Below are positions 12,600-22,800 of a stretch of DNA of 64,000 nucleotides, in pieces. Origin of the DNA: Balanoglossus misakiensis (lineage: Eukaryota > Animalia > Hemichordata); the NCBI GenBank assembly GCA_040954595.2, contig CM082586.2, positions 11,625,337-11,689,336 of the forward strand, read 5' to 3'. Numbering within the stretch: the stretch's first letter is position 1; each line of letters opens with the position of its first letter. The position numbers were made by a program, and so were the translations under genes. Under the pieces are notes generated by a model. The model had not been told where the DNA came from, made no database searches, and was given only the letters and a program-made list of their open reading frames with translations.

Positions 12600-13445
12600 C
12601 TTTTGCAGAGCCAGGCCGAAGGAAATCCGACTTGATCACCGTTGCTAACGAACGCTAGTGTCTGTCATGGTGTGCCGGGGTTTTAGTCGAGCCAGGCCGT
12701 AGGAGATCTGACTTGATCATCGTGGTCAATGTACGCGTGTTTCCGCTCTAAAGTGCCGGGGCTTCAGCTAAACCAGGCCGTAGGAAATCCGACGTAATCA
12801 CCGTTGATAACTTACGCCAGTCTGTCTCATATAGAGCCGGTGCACCAGCCGAGTCACGCCGTAGGAAATCTGACTTGATCAACGTGGTCAATGTACGCCT
12901 GTTTCTGCTCTAGAGTGCCGGGGCTTCAGCTGAGCCAGGCCGTAGGAAACCCAACGTGATTACCGTTGTTAACTTACGCCAGTCTGTGTCCTATATATAG
13001 TGCCGGGGCATCAGCCGTGCCAGGCCGAAGGAAATGTGAGTAGATCAAGGTGGTCTCTGTAGGCGTGTTTCTGCTCTAGAGTGCCAGGGCTTTAGCCAAG
13101 CCATGCCGTAGGAAATCTGACTTGATCAACGTTGCTAACGAACGCTAGTGTCTGTCATGGTGTGCCGGGGTTTTAGTCCAGCCAGGCCGTAGGAGATCTG
13201 ACTTGATCATCGTGGTCAATGTACGCGTGTTTCCGATCTAAAGTGCCGGGGCTTCAGCTAAACCAGGCCGTAGGAAATCTGACTTAATCACCGTTGCTAA
13301 CGTACGCTAGTGTCTGTCATATTGTGACGGAGATTTAGCCGAGCCAGGCCGTAGAAAAATCGACTTGTTCAACGTTACCAGTGTGCAACTGTTTCTGCTC
13401 TAGAGTGTCTGGGTTTTAGCCGACTTATGCTGTAGGAAATCTGAG
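12600..13445 (+). repeat. Example of the 81-bp monomer block (about 10 monomers, alternating A/B types forming a 162-bp dimer) within one unit
   Basis: A CCAGGCCGWAGGA-like motif recurs at 12611, 12692, 12773, 12854 and onward. Monomers alternate between CACCGTTGCTAAC...GTCTGT and CGTGGTC...GTTTCTGCTCTAGAG types. Confidence 0.92.
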
Positions 13446-15092
13446 TTGATGAACGGGAATTCAATGTCAGAAAACCCGTGTGGAAAGTATCTCTACCCGT
13501 TTGAAACTAAGAAAAGAATTTATTCTTATTTATTTTGTAAAAAGACAATTTTTCGAAAAAAAGTCGAAAATGGTAATTTTGTCTTGGATGATTCAAATTA
13601 TACCACATTTTCTGGAATTTGCAGCACTTTTTACAAGAGAACGACACTTCATGCTCCATAATATTTCCGAAAATGAAGAAAAGAGTTAATTTTTTATGAT
13701 TTTTTAAAAAATTACCATTTTTGTCAAAATATGGCCAAAATGGCTATTTTTTCTTGAATTCCGTCAATATCTCTGCATTTTTGGAGAGGTCGAAAGTTTT
13801 AACATACAATCAACATGTCATATATGATCAGGGCACCAAATTCGAAGAACAAAGGTTTTTTATTTTTTTCTAAAAATGACATTTTCAAGGAAAATTTGGT
13901 AAAACGCAATTTTGTCTGCAGTGAGCCAAATTAGACTGTATTTTGTGGAATTTGTATCGATATATACATACGAAGAGCATTCTATACTCCATCAGATTTC
14001 CGAAAATGTAGAAAACAGGTATTTTTTGTAATTTTCAAAAAATTACCATTTTGACCAAATTGTGGCTAAAATTGTTATTTTCGTGTTGAATGCCGCCAGT
14101 GTCACTGCTTTTAAAAGTCATAAAAACTTTTAACATACAAGCAATTGTTTGTATATGATCAGGTCACCGAATTAAAAAAAATAAAGAATGTTTTGCCTAA
14201 AAATGACCTTTTTGGTGCAAAAACGAATAAAACGCAATTTTGTATTAAATCAGCTCATTCAGAGTGCATTTTTTATAATCAGCACCATCTTTACATATAA
14301 TAGAAATTTCATACATCATCAGATATCCAAATATGAAAAAATGATTTAGATTTTAGATGATTGTCCAAAATTAGCTGATATCTAATAAATGTAGTATTGA
14401 ACCGTTTTGTTCCCCCCCCCCCCTACATTATATGCGGTACGCCGATGTCAGCTTACCCGGCAGTACTGCAGGCCGTGCCCCCCCCCCCCCCAACTAACGT
14501 CGGTGTTTGAAACGCCCTGGTTAAATTCGGGCTTTCTCTATAAATTGACAGGCAATAATGCAGTCCTACCCGAACAAATGTCGAGTGTTGACCCGCTGTG
14601 ACTTCCCCTCTTCGGTTTGCCCGACTTAGCCAACGTCTTTGTACTAGAGTGTCGGGTCTTTTGCAGAGCCAGGCCGAAGGAAATCCGACTTGATCACCGT
14701 TGCTAACGAACGCTAGTGTCTGTCATGGTGTGCCGGGGTTTTAGTCGAGCCAGGCCGTAGGAGATCTGACTTGATCATCGTGGTCAATGTACGCGTGTTT
14801 CCGCTCTAAAGTGCCGGGGCTTCAGCTAAACCAGGCCGTAGGAAATCCGACGTAATCACCGTTGATAACTTACGCCAGTCTGGATGGAGGGCGCTAGAGT
14901 CAGCCATCTACGGAAGCAGATTTCTAGCACGCTCAGAGTTTTCATCGTTTTTTCACGTGAAATCGGTGAATTTTGTGGCGAAACTGAAGGTATATGCTTT
15001 TGGATAGATACTTGCAGCTAACTCGAGAGCAAAGAAGCATTTTGATTCTCAGAAGAAAGACATTTTGCTAGTTTTCGTGGTCTCGAGCAAGC

Positions 15093-16265
15093 ATGGCCGT
15101 CAGAGACAAAGCCAGTTATGCGCAGGTGATGACGACCAAACGCCTGCAAGACAAAGACGGTGAAGTAGGAGTTCTACCCGTCTTTCTGAAGCAGTCGGAC
15201 ATAGTTCCCAGGGACAGTAATCAATGGCTATGAGGTGAGGAAATTATAGCAGCCGTTTCAGAAGTTGTCACCATCGGCAGCTTGGAAGGGTTGCAACGGA
15301 TAAGAGGTCTGTGGCGTATTTATATGAATGACGAAGCAGACCGGACAATTTTGTTACAACATGGACTCACACTACGCGGGAAGTCGATAGAGCTGTGGGG
15401 GCGAAATCCCTTCCGAAGAGAGTTTCATGAAGATTGGTTAAGATTAACGATAAAAGATCTACCATTGTCACACGATGATGATGCTATTGCCGCTACACTT
15501 ACTGGTTTGGGCTGTAAGCTCAAAACAGATATATCCAGACAGAAATGGAGGTTAGAAGGCAAGTTGACAAACATTCTTAATGGGGATCGAACTGTGTTCA
15601 TCGAAAAACCAAAGACACCATTACCAGCTCAGGTTAAGATCGGTGCATTTTACGCGAAGATTATTTATAAACAATCCACAGCGGAGACGCAGCCACGATG
15701 CGGCAAATGCTTAGAGGAGGGACATACTGCGTACAATTGCACTGGACAAATCAAATGCAGACTCTGTAAAAGAGAGGGGCATATTGCAAGAAATTGTATG
15801 ACTTCTCAGGTACACGAAGAATTAACGTCTCAGTCCACCAAATACACAATGCAGAAAAGGTCTACGAATCCTGCCGATGCGGTATCGAGACTAGAAAGTG
15901 ACAGCACACCGTTACAAGGAACATCCAGGCGTGAAACGGGGGACGAAGACCGTGTTGAGAAACCGCAAAGTCTGGCAAACAAAGCACCTGAGCCCTCGAG
16001 CTCGAGCGTTAAATCACAAAGCTCAATTTTAGCGTTCTTAAAAGAGAACAGAGACGATAGACAAAACGATACTAGTGTCAGTGAAGGTGATGTAACGGAT
16101 ATTGAAGGTGGCGAGGACCGGCGTTATGACACATCAAGAGAAAATTTCTCTGAATTGTCTGCTGAATCGCCACCACTGTTGTCATTGACCCAAAGCAAAG
16201 AAAATAAGAAAAAACGTAAAAGAAGACGAAAGCAGCAGCAGCAAGTCAGAATCAAAGGCTACTGA
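15093..16265 (+). pseudogene. Tx1 ORF1 (two CCHC zinc knuckles) with premature TGA at 15231
   Basis: CGKCLEEGHTAYNC and CRLCKREGHIARNC. The intact counterpart at 53601-54773 has AGA at this codon. Confidence 0.9.
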
Positions 16266-19200
16266 TGGCAGCGCTGAAGTTAGTTACCCTGTATGTCAGG
16301 GGTTTCAAAGACAAAACGAAAAGGAACTGTATATATCGCTGGCTAAAACTCCAAAAAACGAGTATCGCGATTTTACAAGAGTTGCATGGAAATGGAACAG
16401 ACATTGACACTTGGGAGAAAGAATGGGGAGGGAAAGTATTCTTCTCGAAAGGTGACAATTATAGCAGAGGAACGGCAATATTGATTGAGCGCAGATGTGA
16501 CCTCACCATTGATTCCGTGTGGAATGACGACTTCGGAAGAATTTGCATAATAAACGGTAGCCTTGTAGGTGTTAAGCTTTCAATTTGTAGTGTTTATGCC
16601 CCGAATCTCGTGAAACAAAGAACGGAATTCTTGAAAGATCTAGCTGGCCTGGTTGACACTCACTGCTATTACGAAAATCTTATTATAGCAGGCGACTTCA
16701 ATTGTGCACTCAACGACACTTTGGACAGAGCGTCAAGTGTGAAATCACGGCAATCACATGATGGATCAAGAAGAGTCTTACGTAGTTTTTGTAATCAGTT
16801 TCAACTTATTGATGTTTGGAGGAATTTCCACCCTGGGCAACGACAGTTTACTTGGCGAAGATTGGCCCCATCACCGACTCATAGCCGATTAGATTATGTT
16901 TTTATCTCAAAGCACCTCGTCAAGAATGTCAAAAAATCGGATATTCGTCCTGCTGTACACACAGATCATATGGCTGTTTACGTGGAATTGCAGACCGCTT
17001 CAGATTGTAGAGGGCCTGGTACATGGAAACTGAACAATAGGCTTTTAAAAAATGAAGGCTTTGTCAACGGAGTCAAATCTGTAATCAGAGAGTGTGGTGA
17101 GAAGACATTCGAAAATAATCGGATGAAATGGGACATCATGAAGAAAGAAATTAAAGAATATGCATTGGAATTTACAAGGTATGGAACAAAAGATCACAAT
17201 AAGGAAATACCGAAGCTTGAGCAACAGCTAAAAGCGGATGAAAGAAATATGCTGGTGAATCCATCAGATGAAAATATACGGAAATACAGTGAAACCAAAC
17301 AACGCCTTGAGAATATTTACAACATACTCGCTGAAGGTGCGCAGATAAGATCGCGTGCAGCGTGGGTAAGTATTTTTATCATTAGAAAAGCGAAATGCAG
17401 GAAAAAAGGAAATTAAGGAGCTGGTGACCAGAAGTGGAAAGTGTGTGACAAAAACGGACGAGATTCTGCGGGAACAAAGAGAATTCTGCGAGACGATCTA
17501 TCAGCGAAAATGTTGCCATCAGTCGATTGACGATTTTTTGGAAAATAGCAGTTTACCAGGACTAACAGCTCTACAAAGTGAACAGTGCGAAGGTAATTTA
17601 ACGGAAAGGGAATGTTTGCGCGCTTTGAAGACCATGGCAGCTAACAAGTCTCCGGGATGTGATGGACTTTCGGTCGATTTTTTTCTTTTCTTTTGGTCAG
17701 AAATAAAAACATTTGTCACTTCATCTCTCAATGAAGCCTGGTCGTCAGGGGAACTTTCTGCTACACAAAAAAGAGGTATTATTACATTGTTGTATAAAAA
17801 GGGAGATGAAAATGACTTGAATAATTGGAGGCCTGTGTCGCTTTTAAACATTGACTACAAAATTGCCACTAAGGCATTATCAAACAGACTCAAATGTGTT
17901 TTACCTACAATTATCCATAGAGATCAGACAGGCTATATGAAAGGCCGTTTTATTGGAGAAAACATTCGCCTGATCTCCGATGTTCTAGACTACACTAAAA
18001 AGCGGCGTTTGGAAGGAGCTATCCTTTTTGTAGATAATGAGAAAGCGTTTGACAGTGTAAATTGGAAATTTTTGTATAGGGTGCTTAAAAAGATGAATTT
18101 TGGTCCAGGCTTTATACGCTGGATTGAAGTTTTATATAGTAATATTTCTAGTTGTATTGTTTATAAGGGATGGTGCTCTGGATACTTTTCATTACATAGA
18201 GGTGTTCGACAGGGATGTTCCCTCTCGGCTTTATTGTTTTTACTTGTGATCGAAGTACTTGCATGTAAAATAAGACAACACGGGGAGATCAACGGGATCC
18301 CCTTATATGGTAATAATACAGCGAAGATTTCATTATTTGCCGACGACACCACCATTTTTACAAGGGATGGTCGGTCATTAGAAAATGTTTTTAAAGTTAT
18401 GGCTGATTTTCATCAGTGTGGTGGTTTAAAAATGAGCAACAAGAAAACGAAGGCAATGTGGGTTGGAAAAAACAGAAATAGTGAAAAGAAGATGGGAAAT
18501 GTTGAATGGACAAATGAGCCCATCAAAACGCTTGGTGTGTATTTTGGCTATGACACTGAGAAATGTAACAAACTTAACTGGGAGCCTAAGATTGATAAAC
18601 TGAAAAAGGTGCTACAAATGTGGGAAAGGAGAAGGCTTACGTTTTATGGGAGAGTGATGATTACGAAGGTTTTTGCAATTTCACAGATTTTGTTTTTGAC
18701 ATCAGTGATTGGAATACCTGAAGGCATTAAGTGTGTTGTTCGAAAGCTAATTGATGGTTTTATAAGAAGAAAACGAAATATAAGCAATGTAATACTTCAG
18801 AGTGATTATGACAAAGGTGGCATCAGATGTGTCAACTTAGACAAGCAAATTGATTCTCTTTATGCAGTATGGGTCAAGAGACTGGTCTTGTGTAAAGGCA
18901 ACACTTGGTCTGCTATACCATGGCATTATTTACAAATGGATGACCTTCAGTCATGTAATCTTATTCAGCACAACATTTTCTGGGAATCACTACCAAAGGC
19001 TTTAGAGTCTGCGATCCCTGAATTTTACGTCAAGGTTTTAAATGCGTGGTACAGTGCAAGTGAAAACATCAAAGGAAACAGAAATGTAATTTTGAAATGG
19101 TGTAGCAAGTTTCACTTTTTCTACAAATCCTTGAAAAATTGTAAATACGGTATTTGGGATGGAAAACACTGGATTTCCATCAATAACGTTACGTGTAAAG

Positions 19201-19800
19201 CCATTTATGCGAACATTCCACAAAGGAGTCCAAAAGTGGATAAACTTAACAAATGGTACACATTACTGGAGGTACCAAACCAGACTACAAAAGAAAGTGA
19301 AACGGTCTGGAAGAACATACACGCAATAACTAAGGAAACAAAGTTGCGGGAATTTCAATGGAAACTTTTACACAGGTTGTTGCCATGTAATAAGTATTTG
19401 TTTTATTGGAATAAGAGCAGCAGTGTGGATTGTGAACTTTGTAAGATACCAGAGTCTCTTGAGCACAAGTACGTGCGTTGTACTATAGCCACATCACTTT
19501 GGGCAAAAATCGAGCGCATAATTCGGCAACTATTTTTGTAAAGATTTTGTTTTACAAAGCGCTCATATAATTTTCAATTGCATTAGAAGTGTTATGCTTT
19601 CGAAATCTGAAGAAAATATTGTAAATTTATTTATTTTAGTTTGCAAATGGAGTATACATAAATACTGGCTAAGTGAAACCAGAGCACCTTTAATGGTGCT
19701 GGTAAAATACGAATTCATATTGAGATACAAGGTATACAAGGAAATATGCAATAATTCAGAAAGTGCAAGAATTTTTGAAGCTATTATATCTATGATGTGA
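16265..19800 (+). pseudogene. Tx1 ORF2 (APE endonuclease, RT, C-terminal Cys/His motif), broken at ~17368 and ~19535
   Basis: Motifs LQELH, AGDFN, SRLDY, TDH, GVRQGCSLS and FADD. It has a 22-bp deletion at ~17368 relative to copy 2 and a further frameshift near 19535. Confidence 0.92.
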
Positions 19801-22800
19801 GTTTTCAGTTGGTTTCTTTTTTTTGATATGTTAATGTAACACTGAAAGTTTTTTTAATAAAAGATACAGAAAAAAAAAAAATTACGCCAGTCTGTGTCAT
19901 ATAGAGCCGGTGCACCAGCCGAGTCACGCCGTAGGAAATCTGACTTGATCAACGTGGTCAATGTACGCCTGTTTCTGCTCTAGAATGCCGGGGCTTCAGC
20001 TGAGCCAGGCCGTAGGAAACCCGACGTGATTACCGTTGTTAACTTACGCCAGTCTGTGTCCTATATATAGTGCCGGGGCATCAGCCGTGCCAGGCCGAAG
20101 GAAATGTGAGTAGATCAACGTGGTCTCTGTACGCGTGTTTCTGCTCTAGAGTGCCAGGGCTTTAGCCAAGCCATGCCGTAGGAAATCTGACTTGATCAAC
20201 GTTGCTAACGAACGCTAGTGTCTGTCATAGTGTGCCGGGGTTTTAGTCGAGCCAAGCCGTAGGAGATCAGACTTGATCAACGTGGTCTCTGTACGCGTGT
20301 TTCTGCTCTAGAGTGCCGGGGCTTTATCCAAGCCATGCCGTAGAAAATCTGACTTGATCACCGTTGCTAACGTACGCTAGTGTCTGTCATATTGTGACGG
20401 AGATTTAGCCGAGCCAGGCCATAGAAAAATCGACTTGTTCAACGTTACCAGTGTGCAACTGTTTCTGCTCTAGAGTGTCAGGGTTTTAGCCGACTTATGC
20501 TGTAGGAAATCTGAGTTGATGAACGGGAATTCAATGTTAGAAAACCCTTGTGGAAAGTATCTCTACCCGTTTGAAACTAAGAAAAGAATTTATTCTTATT
20601 TATTTTGTAAAAAAGACAATTTTTCGAAAAAAAGTTGAAAATGGTAATTTTGTCTTGGGTGATTCAAATTATACCGCCTTTTCTGGAATTTGCAGCACTT
20701 TTTGCAAGAGAACGACACTTCATGCTCTATAATATTTCCGAAAATGAAGAAAAGAGTTAATTTTTTATGATTTTTTAAAAATTTACCATTTTTGTCAAAA
20801 TATGGCCAAAATGGCTATTTTTTCTTGAATTCCGTCAATATATCTGCATTTTTGGAGTGGTCGAAAGTTTTAACATACAATCAACATGTCATATATGATC
20901 AGGGCACCAAATTCGAAGAACAAAGGTTTTTTTTTATTATTTTTTCTTCTAAAAATGACATTTTCAAGGAAAATTTGGTAAAACGCAATTTTGTCTGCAG
21001 TGAGCCAAATTAGACGGTCTTTTGTGGAATTTGTATCGATATATACATATACGAAGAGCATTCTATACTCCATCAGATTTCCGAAAATGTAGAAAACAGG
21101 TATTTTTTGTAATTTTCAAAAATTTACCATTTTGACCAAATTGTGGCTAAAATTGTTATTTTCGTGTTGAATGCCGCCAGTGTCATTGCTTTTAAAAGTC
21201 ATAAAAACTTTTAACATACAAGCAATTGTTTATATATGATCAGGTCACCGAATTTATAAAATAAAGAATGTTTTGCCTAAAAATGACCTTTTTGGTGCAA
21301 AAACGAATAAAACGCTATTTTGTATTAAATCAGCTCATTCAGAGTGCATTTTTTATAATCAGCACCATGTTTACATATAATGGAAATTTCATACATCATC
21401 AGATATCCAAATATGAAAAAATGATTTAGATTTTAGATGATTGTCCAAAATTAGCTGATATCTAACAAATGTAGTATTGAACCGTTCTGTTCCCCCCCCC
21501 CCCCTTACATTATATGCGGTACGCCGATGTCAGCTTACCCGGCAGTACTGTAGGCCGTGCCCCCAACAAACGTCGGTGTTTGAAACGCCCTGGTTAAATT
21601 CGGGCTCTCTCTTTTAATTGACAGGCAATAATGCAGTCCTACCGGAACAAATGTCAAGTGTTGAACCGCTGTGACTTTCCCTGTTCGGTTTGCCCGACTT
21701 AGCCAACGTCTTTGTACTAGAGTGTCGGGTCTTTTGCAGAGCCAGGCCGAAGGAAATCCGACTTGATCACCGTTGCTAACGAACGCTAGTGTCTGTCATG
21801 GTGTGCCGGGGTTTTAGTCGAGCCAGGCCGTAGGAGATCTGACTTGATCATCGTGGTCAATGTACGCGTGTTTCCGCTCTAAAGTGCCGGGGCTTCAGCT
21901 AAACCTGGCCGAAGGAAATCCGACGTAGTCACCGTTGATAACTTACGCCAGTCTGTGTCATATAGAGCCGGTGCACCAGCCGAGTCACGCCGTAGGAAAT
22001 CTGACTTGATCAACGTGGTCAATGTACGCCTGTTTCTGCTCTAGAGTGCCGGGGCTTCAGCTGAGCCAGGCCGTAGGAAACCCGACGTGATTACCGTTGT
22101 TAACTTACGCCAGTCTGTGTCCTATATATAGTGCCGGGGCATCAGCCGTGCCAGGCCGAAGGAAATGTGAGTAGATCGACGTGGTCTCTGTACGCGTGTT
22201 TCTGCTCTAGAGTGCCAGGGCTTTAGCCAAGCCATGCCGTAGGAAATCTGACTTGATCAACGTTGCTAACGAACGCTAGTGTCTGTCATAGTGTGCCGGG
22301 GTTTTAGTCGAGCCAAGCCGTAGGAGATCAGACTTGATCAACGTGCTCTCTGTACGCGTGTTTCTGCTCTAGAGTGCCGGGGCTTTATCCAAGCCATGCC
22401 GTAGAAAATCTGACTTGATCACCGTTGCTAACGTACGCTAGTGTCTGTCATATTGTGACGGAGATTTAGCCGAGCCAGGCAGTAGAAAAATCGACTTGTT
22501 CAACGTTACCAGTGTGCAACTGTTTCTGCTCTAGAGTGTCAGGGTTTTAGCCGACTTATGCTGTAGGAAATCTGAGTTGATGAACGGGAATTCAATGTTA
22601 GAAAACCCGTGTGGAAAGTATCTCTACCCGTTTGAAACTAAGAAAAGAATTTATTCTTATTTATTTTGTAAAAAAGACAATTTTTCGAAAACAAGTCGAA
22701 AATGGTAATTTTGTCTTGGGTGATTTAAATTATACCGCCTTTTCTGGAATTTGCAGCACTTTTTACAAGAGAACGACACTTCATGCTCCATAATATTTCC

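Larger units (their letters stand above)
14883..19881 (+). mobile_element. Full-length Tx1/L1-clade non-LTR retrotransposon, copy 1 (defective)
   Basis: 13-bp TSD TTACGCCAGTCTG (14870-14882, 19882-19894), 5' UTR, ORF1, ORF2, AATAAA and a poly(A) tail. Confidence 0.95.
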
